64,000 nucleotides of DNA, from assembly GCA_965656215.1 (NCBI GenBank), contig CBFHJD010000001.1, positions 17,808 to 81,807 on the forward strand. Direction: 5' to 3'. Positions within the stretch are counted from its first letter, which is position 1, and each line of letters begins with the position of its first letter. This document shows positions 41,735-49,837 of the stretch, one piece after another. A model generated the notes under the pieces. That model had not been told where the DNA came from, ran no database searches, and saw only the letters and a program-made list of their open reading frames with translations. The stretch is from Flavobacteriaceae bacterium (GTDB lineage Bacteria; Bacteroidota; Bacteroidia; Flavobacteriales; Flavobacteriaceae). Position numbers and translations under genes: made by a program.

Positions 41735-43246
41735 TCAAAGTTTGATGTTATAACTAAGGCTTACTTGAGTAATAGCATTGGATAGGGTATAAGGATCTGT
41801 TAGCCCCTCTGAAAAGATTTGAAATTCTTTGTTTTCATTTAGTTGAACAAAAGATAAGCTTAATGAGTTTGAGCCAAAGTCTAACCCTACACCAAATGTA
41901 ATTGCTTGGTCAGAGGAATTAATGCTTTTTTGTGCATTATTTCTGCTAAGAAATCCAGCTCTTAAGCTAATGTCTTTGAATCGGTATTCTCCACCAATTT
42001 TTAATGTTTGTATAGATTCGAAAGTAGAGGGAAGAAAATTAGATAAATCATCTAAATATCCACTTCCTCCTTGTCTTGATAGTACAGTATTTGCTGCATT
42101 TTGAGTGCTGTAGTCTAATGAGATTAGTCCCGAACCTCCAAAAATATATGCAGCACTTAGTGTTGTTTTTGAGGGAAGTTTAATTTGGTAAGGGTCGTAT
42201 GTATTTAATATATTCGGATCGACGGTCTCTTTAATGACACTACCTTGATCAAGGTATACTGATGACAAGCTCTGTTTGGTTTCATCTATAATTTCGATAT
42301 ATTGAGGGGAGTCGTAAGTAAGTCCTAACCTCAATTTTTTAAGTTTTAGTATGGCGCCAATTTGAGCAGAAATACCCTCTCCAAAACTGCTGATACCATT
42401 CATGAATTCTATATTATATACTGGAGAGTCAGGGTTTTGATTTGATTCGAAAAAGTTTTGGTCTGAATGGTATTCTAACTTGTGAAAATTCAAGTTTGCA
42501 CCTAAATGCAATACTCCTTTGTACAACGCACTAAAGTTAAGTGCTGTTTTACGATGCAGTCCTTTGCTAAGTATTTCAAGTTCATGATCAACTTTAGTGT
42601 AATCTATATTTGAATAATATCGTGTTTCTCCATCAATAAAATTAAAAGGGTTTATAAGGTATGCTTGGTAGCCTAAAAAAGCCTGTTGAGCAGCAAAACC
42701 ATTCTCTTCCCCCAAAACACGATAAACTTCTGGTATGCTTTCTTCTTCATACAAAGGAAGATTTTCAAAAGCAAGTCCATCAGCAAAGTGAAGGAAGTAA
42801 TTGTCAATACCGTTCGTATTGGAACCATTAACTCGAGAGTTTTGATCAAATTTTGAGACCCTATGACTGTTAAATCCTGCACTAACCCTTGTCCATACGC
42901 TTTCCGTATCGGCATTATTAAAAACAAACACAGCTCCAATTTGATCAAATTTTAAATTACTGTTTTCTTTATTTAATGATTTCCCAAAGTAGCTACCCTC
43001 TACGCTCTTGTTGTTGTAGGTAAAAGTTCCGCCTAATTCGGAATGTAAAAATACTGACGAACCAGCAGGGTTTATACTTATTGCACTTAAATCTCCTCCA
43101 AGTGCTCCAAAAGCACCAGCCATACTATTGTATCTAGCAGAGCCGTTTAATTCGCTGCCTAAAAAATACGTAATATCATTAACTGTCTGTGAAACAGCAC
43201 TTTGTATTAAGGATAAAAATATAAATAGGATAAAGAAATTACGCAT
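41735..43246 (-). CDS. outer membrane beta-barrel protein, FadL/OmpP1-like
   Basis: 503 aa with a signal peptide. The N-terminal GSARYNSMAGAFGALGGDLSAISINPAG resembles the FadL/TodX-family opening motif. The C-terminal strand is ...VSLSYNIKL. Confidence 0.6.
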   Translation of the reverse strand: MRNFFILFIFLSLIQSAVSQTVNDITYFLGSELNGSARYNSMAGAFGALGGDLSAISINPAGSSVFLHSELGGTFTYNNKSVEGSYFGKSLNKENSNLKFDQIGAVFVFNNADTESVWTRVSAGFNSHRVSKFDQNSRVNGSNTNGIDNYFLHFADGLAFENLPLYEEESIPEVYRVLGEENGFAAQQAFLGYQAYLINPFNFIDGETRYYSNIDYTKVDHELEILSKGLHRKTALNFSALYKGVLHLGANLNFHKLEYHSDQNFFESNQNPDSPVYNIEFMNGISSFGEGISAQIGAILKLKKLRLGLTYDSPQYIEIIDETKQSLSSVYLDQGSVIKETVDPNILNTYDPYQIKLPSKTTLSAAYIFGGSGLISLDYSTQNAANTVLSRQGGSGYLDDLSNFLPSTFESIQTLKIGGEYRFKDISLRAGFLSRNNAQKSINSSDQAITFGVGLDFGSNSLSLSFVQLNENKEFQIFSEGLTDPYTLSNAITQVSLSYNIKL

Positions 43247-43267
43247 TTGAATGATTATAGGTGATTA

Positions 43268-44611
43268 TTAATTTCTACGACCTCCTGAGGAACTTCTTCC
43301 CCCTGAACTTGATGATCTTGAACTTCCGCTTGAATTGTAAGACCGAGTTGGCGCTGTACTTCTGTAGCTTGGTGTTGAATAGCTTCTTGCACGAGTAGTA
43401 TTAGGGTTATAACTTTTGCTAACGGATTTGTTATCTGAATTAGAACGTCTGTAATTACTGTTGCTACGTATTGTAGTTGAGGTACCTCTGTTTGGCGTTG
43501 AAGCACGGTTAATATTATTCCTGGGAGAAGTGGTTTTGGGTGATTGACGCTCGCCTAAGCTTCTATATCGCGATTGGGTAAACCTTCCTCTAGAGTTTCC
43601 TTGAACGCTCTTGGAGGGGTTTGTATTCGTTCTATTTGTGCTACTTAAGCCACTACCACCTGATGTTGAACCAAAAGTTGGTCTTGCCGTTTTAGATTTT
43701 CCGATATCTTTTGCACCCAAGGTGGTATTCCCTCGATTACTTAAAAGATAAGTTGTTCCTAACGAATTCAACCCCCTCCCTGTATTGATTCTATTCATGG
43801 GTTGAACCGCTTTATTTTCTTTATTGTTCTTTGCATTTCGATCTTGTGTTGCATTAGAACGTCTTGAACTTTCATAGTTCTTTTCTCCTCTACCTGATTT
43901 AACCCGGGCTATTGTGGAATTGTAATCTTTACCATAACCGTTAGATCCATTATATCCGTATTGTCCAGCTCCATAACCGCCCCATTGATTCCAACGATTC
44001 CAACGATTCCAACGATTCCACCCATACCCATAACGGTTTCCAGAGAAATAGTTGAAGGGACTGAAAAAAGGATCATACCCCCAGTGTCCAGCATATCCTC
44101 CAAAATACGGATTTACATAAGGATTCACAAAAGGTGCTCCATACAAACCATACCCGAATCTGAAAGGATCATTGAAGTAATAATTATTCCAAAAGGGTGA
44201 TGCTCTAAAAGCGAAACCTGAAAGACCCCAAAAATAATTCGGGCTTCTATCAACGATGATAATTTCTCTTTGAGTTGTTTTTTCGCCCCAAGGTATTTGA
44301 GAAGATTCAACATAGGTGTTCTCGTCAACAAAAGTTTCCTCAGAGGTATAATTCTCTGTATCGGTAAAGTACATTTCATTTTCGGCTGTTGTACCTTGAG
44401 CAGCATCTTTGAAATAGTTTGAATAATAGTTGCTACTATTTTTTTGTTCAGCGACAGGTTGTTCTGTTCTTGTTTGGACCTCAGTAGTGTAGATGCCATC
44501 AGAAGAGAAATATGATGCACCTTGAAAACTACCACAGCTTAGCAAGAATAGAGAAGCTGTAAAAGCGATAAATAAACTTGTAAATTTCGGATAGTTTGTT
44601 CGTGCATTCAT
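43268..44611 (-). CDS. hypothetical lipoprotein with an aromatic/Gly-rich core and a basic Ser/Arg/Asn-rich disordered tail
   Basis: 447 aa with lipobox LFLLSCG. The central region is ...GYGLYGAPFVNPYVNPYFGGYAGHWGYDPFF...GWNRWNRWNRWNQWGGYGAGQYGY. The C-terminal roughly 200 aa are S/R/N/T-rich and end in SSRSSSSGGRSSSGGRRN. Confidence 0.7.
   Translation of the reverse strand: MNARTNYPKFTSLFIAFTASLFLLSCGSFQGASYFSSDGIYTTEVQTRTEQPVAEQKNSSNYYSNYFKDAAQGTTAENEMYFTDTENYTSEETFVDENTYVESSQIPWGEKTTQREIIIVDRSPNYFWGLSGFAFRASPFWNNYYFNDPFRFGYGLYGAPFVNPYVNPYFGGYAGHWGYDPFFSPFNYFSGNRYGYGWNRWNRWNRWNQWGGYGAGQYGYNGSNGYGKDYNSTIARVKSGRGEKNYESSRRSNATQDRNAKNNKENKAVQPMNRINTGRGLNSLGTTYLLSNRGNTTLGAKDIGKSKTARPTFGSTSGGSGLSSTNRTNTNPSKSVQGNSRGRFTQSRYRSLGERQSPKTTSPRNNINRASTPNRGTSTTIRSNSNYRRSNSDNKSVSKSYNPNTTRARSYSTPSYRSTAPTRSYNSSGSSRSSSSGGRSSSGGRRN
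43982..44020 (-). repeat. 9-bp tandem repeat inside the lipoprotein gene
   Basis: The plus strand reads ccattgatt then ccaacgatt x3 then cca. This encodes the (W-N-R)3 stretch. Confidence 0.85.
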
Positions 44612-44645
44612 GATGAATCGTTTTAGAGATGTGGTCCAAAAAGTT

Positions 44646-44653
44646 TAGCTTTG
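44646..44653 (+). promoter_or_regulatory. -7 promoter box for proS
   Basis: TAGCTTTG ends 54 nt upstream of the ATG at 44708. Confidence 0.45.
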
Positions 44654-44675
44654 CACCACAAGAATTTTGTATAAC

Positions 44676-44683
44676 CAAATATA
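44676..44683 (-). promoter_or_regulatory. -7 promoter box for the lipoprotein/FadL-like operon
   Basis: Minus-strand TATATTTG ends 64 nt upstream of the ATG at 44611. Confidence 0.45.
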
Positions 44684-44707
44684 GGCAAAATCTATGCCAA
44701 AAATTTT

Positions 44708-46186
44708 ATGGGTAGTAAATTAACCTCGAGAAAAGCAGATTATTCAAAGTGGTATAATGAAATTGTCGTCAACGCTGATTTAGCAGAGAATTCTGCGGTA
44801 CGAGGTTGCATGATCATAAAACCTTATGGCTACGCAATCTGGGAAAAAATGCAAGCCGAATTGGATAAGATGTTTAAAGATACAGGGCATGAAAACGCTT
44901 ATTTCCCTTTGTTTGTTCCTAAAAGTCTTTTTGAAGCTGAAGAGAAAAACGCAGAGGGTTTCGCTAAGGAATGTGCAGTGGTTACTCACTATCGCTTAAA
45001 GAATGATGAAGATAATCCCGGAAAGCTAAAAGTTGATCCTAACGCAAAATTAGAAGAGGAGTTAATAGTTCGTCCTACGAGTGAGGCAGTGATTTGGAAC
45101 ACCTACAAATCCTGGATTCAATCGTACAGAGATTTACCCATTTTAATTAATCAATGGGCTAATGTGGTCCGCTGGGAAATGCGGACACGTCTTTTTCTAA
45201 GAACGGCAGAATTTTTATGGCAAGAAGGACATACGGCTCATGCAACGAAGACAGAAGCTTTAGAAGAAACCAAGTTGATGAACCAAGTTTATGCAGACTT
45301 TGTGGAGAATTATATGGCCATTCCAGTCATTCAAGGAACCAAAACTGCCAGTGAGCGTTTTGCAGGAGCTGAAGAAACTTATTGTATCGAAGCGCTGATG
45401 CAGGATGGGAAGGCATTGCAAGCTGGGACATCACATTTTTTGGGTCAAAATTTCGCCAAAGCTTTTGACGTCAAATTTGCAACCTCTGAAGGAGATTTGC
45501 AATATGTTTGGGCAACTTCTTGGGGGGTCTCTACGCGCTTAATTGGAGCCTTGATCATGACTCATAGTGATGATAATGGTTTAGTTTTACCTCCAAATTT
45601 GGCTCCCATACAAGTTGTACTTGTTCCAATATACAGAGGTGAGGAGCAGCAAAAAGAAATTGCTGAAGTAGCAACTCAAATGAAAAAGGCCCTTGAAATG
45701 AATGGTATCCGTGTAAAGTTTGATAATAGAGATAAATTCAAGCCTGGTTTTAAGTTTAATGAGTATGAACTCAAAGGAGTGCCTTTACGAATTGCTATTG
45801 GTCCTAAAGACTTGGAAAATGGAACTGTTGAAGTTGCTCGAAGAGACACCTTATCCAAGACGATTGTCTCTCAAGATGAAGTGACTGAGTTTGTTTCTAA
45901 TCAATTGGAACAAATGCAAGGCGATTTATATCAAAAGGCTTTGAATTTTAGAAAAACTCACACTACTGAAGTTGAAAATTTTGATGAATTCAAAGAGGTC
46001 ATTAAGGGTAGAGGAGGTTTTGTGTCTGCCCATTGGGACGGTACTGACGAAACTGAAGAAGCAATTAAAAAAATGACTAAAGCAACCATTAGATGTATTC
46101 CATTACAATCAAAACAGGAGTCTGGAAAATGTGTGTTTTCGGGTAAACCATCTAAACAACGTGTTCTTTTCGCAAAAGCTTATTAA
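44708..46186 (+). CDS. proS: proline--tRNA ligase (archaeal/eukaryote-like class II type)
   Basis: 492 aa, the short ProRS architecture lacking the bacterial insertion domain. The C-terminal domain ends ...VLFAKAY. Confidence 0.93.
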   Translation: MGSKLTSRKADYSKWYNEIVVNADLAENSAVRGCMIIKPYGYAIWEKMQAELDKMFKDTGHENAYFPLFVPKSLFEAEEKNAEGFAKECAVVTHYRLKNDEDNPGKLKVDPNAKLEEELIVRPTSEAVIWNTYKSWIQSYRDLPILINQWANVVRWEMRTRLFLRTAEFLWQEGHTAHATKTEALEETKLMNQVYADFVENYMAIPVIQGTKTASERFAGAEETYCIEALMQDGKALQAGTSHFLGQNFAKAFDVKFATSEGDLQYVWATSWGVSTRLIGALIMTHSDDNGLVLPPNLAPIQVVLVPIYRGEEQQKEIAEVATQMKKALEMNGIRVKFDNRDKFKPGFKFNEYELKGVPLRIAIGPKDLENGTVEVARRDTLSKTIVSQDEVTEFVSNQLEQMQGDLYQKALNFRKTHTTEVENFDEFKEVIKGRGGFVSAHWDGTDETEEAIKKMTKATIRCIPLQSKQESGKCVFSGKPSKQRVLFAKAY

Positions 46187-46226
46187 TTGTTTTGAAAGAA
46201 GTATTGTTTAATAACATTTTTACGTG

Positions 46227-46234
46227 TACATTTG
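46227..46234 (+). promoter_or_regulatory. -7 promoter box for tRNA-Glu (and probably rpsT)
   Basis: TACATTTG ends 14 nt before the tRNA 5' end. A TTG lies about 20 nt upstream of the box. Confidence 0.55.
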
Positions 46235-46248
46235 CGCACGAAAAATAT

Positions 46249-46320
46249 GGCCCGTTCGTCTATCGGTTAGGACGCCAGGTTTTCATCCTGGAAAGAGGGG
46301 TTCGACTCCCCTACGGGCTA
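46249..46320 (+). tRNA. tRNA-Glu (anticodon TTC)
   Basis: GGCCCGT TC GTCT..GGAC G CCAGG-TTTTCAT-CCTGG ... AGGGG-TTCGACT-CCCCT ACGGGCT A forms a cloverleaf with anticodon loop TT-TTC-AT. CCA is not encoded. Confidence 0.88.
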
Positions 46321-46337
46321 CAATTTAAATTTTAAAT

Positions 46338-46589
46338 ATGGCAAATCATAAATCTGCTTTAAAACGCATTCGATCAAATAACAAAAAAAGACTACTCAAT
46401 CGCTTTCAGCACAAGACTGCTCGTAATGCGATTAAAAAGTTAAGAGAGCTCTCTGACAAGAAAGAAGCAAACAAAATGCTTCCTTCTGTGATCTCGTTAA
46501 TTGATAAACTAGCAAAGAAAAATATCATTCACGCTAATAAAGCTTCGAACTTAAAATCTAAGCTAACAAGTCACGTTACTTCTTTATAA
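46338..46589 (+). CDS. rpsT: 30S ribosomal protein S20
   Basis: 83 aa: MANHKSALKRIRSNNKKRLLNRFQHKTARNAIKKLR... Confidence 0.95.
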   Translation: MANHKSALKRIRSNNKKRLLNRFQHKTARNAIKKLRELSDKKEANKMLPSVISLIDKLAKKNIIHANKASNLKSKLTSHVTSL

Positions 46590-46616
46590 GTATTCGTTAC
46601 TTATCTTTAAAAAAAA

Positions 46617-46641
46617 GGCACCTTTAAGGATGCCTTTTTTT
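46617..46641 (+). terminator. intrinsic terminator after rpsT
   Basis: GGCACC-tttaa-GGATGCC (one bulge) followed by T7. Confidence 0.65.
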
Positions 46642-46830
46642 GTACTTATTTTCCTAATTTTATTGAAGTGTACATCCCAAATTTGAACTCCTAAATATGA
46701 ATATCCGGTAATCAGCCCCTCTTTATTAAATTCAATTCAAAACCTCCTATTTAGATTGAATTAGACGCTGAGATCTCCCTGGTCTATGCTAAGCTTAATT
46801 TACCCGTTAATATCCTTGTAATAAAACTAA

Positions 46831-47064
46831 ATGTTAGAAATAAGAATCACTTGTGAAAATTGTAAAATGAGCTTACCTAACCAAAGTTCAGAAGCAATAA
46901 TTTACTCATACGAATGTACTTTCTGTAAAGATTGCGTAGCTGCTGTTCTATTCAACGTTTGTCCCAATTGTGGTGGTGGTTTTGAAAAAAGACCTACCCG
47001 ACCTAAAAATGCAGCTCATAAAGCATCCAGCAAGAAAAGACAAGGTATTCAAACCAGTAATTGA
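46831..47064 (+). CDS. DUF1272 domain-containing Cys-rich protein
   Basis: 77 aa. ITCENCKMSLPNQSSEAIIYSYECTFCKDCVAAVLFNVCPNCGGGFEKRPTRP matches the DUF1272 pattern of paired CxxC motifs. Confidence 0.75.
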   Translation: MLEIRITCENCKMSLPNQSSEAIIYSYECTFCKDCVAAVLFNVCPNCGGGFEKRPTRPKNAAHKASSKKRQGIQTSN

Positions 47065-47166
47065 AAATAGCTATTTGCAAAATAACATTGAAGTAAATCC
47101 TAGAGATCGATAGTCTCAATACGGCAACGTTTAAAAAGCATTAAATCAAACTGAACTTTGATGCAT

Positions 47167-47197
47167 AAAAAAAGGCTCCAATTTGGAGCCTTTTTTT
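47167..47197. terminator. bidirectional intrinsic terminator (DUF1272 gene / rho)
   Basis: A7-GGCTCCA-att-TGGAGCC-T7. Confidence 0.8.
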
Positions 47198-47212
47198 ATA
47201 ATATTAATGACT

Positions 47213-48793
47213 TTAAGAATTCATAGAAATTAAAAACTCTTCATTACTTTGTGTTCTTTGGAATCGATCGTTGATGAACTCCATTGCTTCTACAGGATTC
47301 ATATCCGCTAGATATTTACGCATGATCCACATTCTTTTGATAGTATTTTCATCCAACAGAAGGTCATCTCTTCGGGTACTAGACGAAACAAGATCAATTG
47401 CAGGGAAAATTCGACGGTTTGCAATACGACGATCCAATTGAAGTTCCATGTTTCCAGTTCCCTTAAATTCTTCAAAAATTACTTCATCCATTTTTGAGCC
47501 GGTTTCAGTTAATGCGGTTGCAATGATGGATAATGATCCTCCGTTTTCAATATTTCGAGCCGCTCCAAAAAATCGTTTTGGCTTGTGTAATGCATTGGCA
47601 TCCACACCACCACTTAAGATTTTACCTGAGGCGGGTTGAACGGTATTGTATGCTCTTGCGAGACGTGTAATCGAGTCTAAAAGAATGACAACATCATGTC
47701 CGCACTCAACGAGACGCTTGGCCTTTTCCAAAACAATATTTGCAACTTTTACGTGGCGATCTGCAGGTTCGTCAAAAGTAGAAGCTACTACTTCACCATC
47801 TACATTACGTTGCATGTCGGTAACCTCCTCGGGACGTTCATCAATCAATAGAATCAACTGATAAACCTCTGGATGATTTGCTGCAATTGCATTGGCAATA
47901 TCTTTTAGGAGCATTGTTTTACCTGTTTTAGGTTGGGAAACAATCATTCCCCGCTGCCCTTTACCAATAGGAGAAAACAAGTCCATAATCCGAGTAGAAA
48001 TGGTGCTCTGTTGATCTGCTAGATTAAATTTTTCTTGTGGAAAAAGTGGTGTCAAGTGTTCAAATGAGACACGATCTCGAACCACTTGAGGGTCTAGACC
48101 ATTAATTTTATCCACTTTGATAAGTGGGAAATATTTTTCACCTTCTTTTGGAGGGCGAACAGAACCCAGTACAGTGTCTCCAGTTTTTAAACCAAATAAA
48201 CGAATTTGTGATTGAGAAACATAGACATCATCAGGAGAGGAGAGGTAGTTGTAGTCAGAAGATCTGAGAAATCCATACCCTTCGGACATCATTTCTAAAA
48301 CTCCTTCTGTTTCTACGATTCCGTCAAACTCAAAATCTGGTTGGCGGTATCGGCTTCTATTGTCCTTATTGTGGTTATGGTCTGGGCGGTTTTTATTTTG
48401 GTGTTCGTTTTTTTTAGGAGGAACATTTTTATTCGGGTTGTTTTTGTTTTGATGTTGCCCTTGCCCTTGCCCTTGTCCTTGTCCTTGACCTTGAGCTTGT
48501 TTTTTATGTGTAGGGTTATTGTTTTTTTGGTGTTGATGCTCTTTTTGAGGTTTTGGTTTCGATTTTTGTACAGGAAGTATTTTAATCGGAGCCTTTTTCT
48601 CTGGAGTTATATCTTTCTTTTCATTTACAGGCTGACTTTTAGTCTCCTCGTCTGGTCTAGAAGCGATAAAATCAACAATTTGGTAAATGAGATCTAATTT
48701 TTTTAATCCTGCAATTCGTTTAATCCCAATTTTTTTGGCGATTTCTTGTAATTCAGGTAATTTCTTTGTTTTAAGAGTAGCTATTTCGTACAT
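47213..48793 (-). CDS. rho: transcription termination factor Rho with a low-complexity N-terminal insertion
   Basis: The track ORF starts at 48862. The ATG at 48793 gives [24 protein letters not shown], the Rho N-terminal helix bundle. The RNA-binding domain ([33 protein letters not shown]), Walker A (SQPKTGKT) and [10 protein letters not shown] follow. A roughly 110-aa K/N/Q/H/P-rich insert lies between the bundle and the OB domain. Confidence 0.95.
   Translation of the reverse strand: MYEIATLKTKKLPELQEIAKKIGIKRIAGLKKLDLIYQIVDFIASRPDEETKSQPVNEKKDITPEKKAPIKILPVQKSKPKPQKEHQHQKNNNPTHKKQAQGQGQGQGQGQGQHQNKNNPNKNVPPKKNEHQNKNRPDHNHNKDNRSRYRQPDFEFDGIVETEGVLEMMSEGYGFLRSSDYNYLSSPDDVYVSQSQIRLFGLKTGDTVLGSVRPPKEGEKYFPLIKVDKINGLDPQVVRDRVSFEHLTPLFPQEKFNLADQQSTISTRIMDLFSPIGKGQRGMIVSQPKTGKTMLLKDIANAIAANHPEVYQLILLIDERPEEVTDMQRNVDGEVVASTFDEPADRHVKVANIVLEKAKRLVECGHDVVILLDSITRLARAYNTVQPASGKILSGGVDANALHKPKRFFGAARNIENGGSLSIIATALTETGSKMDEVIFEEFKGTGNMELQLDRRIANRRIFPAIDLVSSSTRRDDLLLDENTIKRMWIMRKYLADMNPVEAMEFINDRFQRTQSNEEFLISMNS
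48455..48499 (-). repeat. hexanucleotide tandem repeat (TTGNCC)x7 encoding (GQ)7 in Rho
   Basis: The plus strand reads ttgccc ttgccc ttgccc ttgtcc ttgtcc ttgacc ttgagc ttg. The minus-strand translation is [16 protein letters not shown]. Confidence 0.9.
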
Positions 48794-48820
48794 GAAGGTT
48801 ATGATTGTTGCTCTTATATA

Positions 48821-48859
48821 TAGTATTAGTTGTAGAGCAGTAGTATATTTGTAGAGCAG
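48821..48859. repeat. tandem roughly 20-nt direct repeat in the rho/DUF4293 intergenic region
   Basis: TAGTATTAGTTGTAGAGCAG followed immediately by TAGTATATTTGTAGAGCAG. Confidence 0.8.
48844..48851 (+). promoter_or_regulatory. -7 promoter box for the DUF4293 gene
   Basis: TATATTTG lies inside the second repeat copy and ends 75 nt upstream of the ATG at 48927. Confidence 0.4.
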
Positions 48860-48926
48860 CAATATTACAAATTTTATTTTAAAATTAGTGCTTTTAAAAA
48901 AAACTTAATTTTGTTAAAAACGAATC

Positions 48927-49316
48927 ATGATTCAACGTATTCAGTCTATTTATTTAATTTTCTCCATCCTTTTGGGTGGGTTGAGTTTTTATTTTTCATT
49001 AGAAATGCCACATACTATGAAAATCCTAGTTCGTATTGATTCGAATTATGTGTTTTTAATTTCCCCAATAGTGTCATTGATAACTTTTTTACTTTTTAAA
49101 AAAAGACCTATTCAAGCCGTACTGTGCCTCTTCAATATTATTCTTTTAGTTCTTCAACTACTGCTCTTTGTCCCAGGGTTTAGAACAATAGACGGTTTTG
49201 GGTTTGAAGAAACGATTATTTTATTTTCCTTACTGGAGATTATTCTGCTGTGGCTAGCTAGACGCGCCATTCAAAAAGATGAAGCCTTGGTGCGATCAGT
49301 TGACCGCATTCGTTAA
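48927..49316 (+). CDS. DUF4293 domain-containing membrane protein
   Basis: 129 aa with four hydrophobic helices. The N-terminus MIQRIQSIYLIFSILLGG is typical of DUF4293 proteins. Confidence 0.7.
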   Translation: MIQRIQSIYLIFSILLGGLSFYFSLEMPHTMKILVRIDSNYVFLISPIVSLITFLLFKKRPIQAVLCLFNIILLVLQLLLFVPGFRTIDGFGFEETIILFSLLEIILLWLARRAIQKDEALVRSVDRIR

Positions 49317-49814
49317 GGCTCCTCTTAGACCCAATTCAATAGCTTCTAAATTTTTAATTTGCCCAAATTCGAGTTCGAACCTTAAGAGTGTTCTAACTTT
49401 ATGAAAGCCTGATATTCCAGCTGCACCTGGATTCATATGCAAATGACCAAATTTTTTATCATGCATCACTTTGAGTATATGGGAATGACCACAAATAAAA
49501 AGCTTCGGTCTTTTGGTTTCAATTAGCTGTTTTACCTTGGCGTTGTAACGTCCCGGATAACCTGCAATGTGTATCATGAGTACACTTACGCCTTCACAGT
49601 TGAAACTTAAAATTTCTGGGGCTTGTTGTCGTAATTTGTGGCTGTCAATATTGCCATAAACTGCACGGACAGGATTTATAGATTTAAGTTCATCGAGTAC
49701 GCTGGTTTTTCCGATATCACCTGCATGCCAAATCTCATCTGCTTGTTCAGCATAGGTTTTGATTTTTGGATCCATATGGCTGTGAGTGTCGGAAAGTAAG
49801 AGAATTTTTTTCAA
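49296..49814 (-). CDS. metallophosphoesterase family protein (YfcE/MJ0936-like)
   Basis: 172 aa with motifs LLLSDTHSH, HAGDIG, GNID and CGHSH. Confidence 0.88.
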   Translation of the reverse strand: MKKILLLSDTHSHMDPKIKTYAEQADEIWHAGDIGKTSVLDELKSINPVRAVYGNIDSHKLRQQAPEILSFNCEGVSVLMIHIAGYPGRYNAKVKQLIETKRPKLFICGHSHILKVMHDKKFGHLHMNPGAAGISGFHKVRTLLRFELEFGQIKNLEAIELGLRGALTNAVN

Positions 49815-49837
49815 AAAGCTTATATTTGATTACCCAA

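Noticed and set aside
43255-44535. Alternative-frame ORFs across the low-complexity lipoprotein gene (43255..43506, 43909..44103, 43961..44200, 44125..44535), and 48341..48697 across the rho insertion
   Set aside because: They are artefacts of repetitive, low-complexity coding sequence that keeps several frames open. The main frames have a lipobox and conserved Rho domains respectively.
46590-46830. Long non-coding gaps flanking the DUF1272 gene (46590-46830 and 47065-47212), possibly holding an ncRNA or riboswitch
   Set aside because: I found only the rpsT terminator, a short inverted repeat (AATTCAAT...ATTGAATT) and the rho/DUF1272 terminator. No recognisable riboswitch, SRP, 6S or RNase P core motifs are present.
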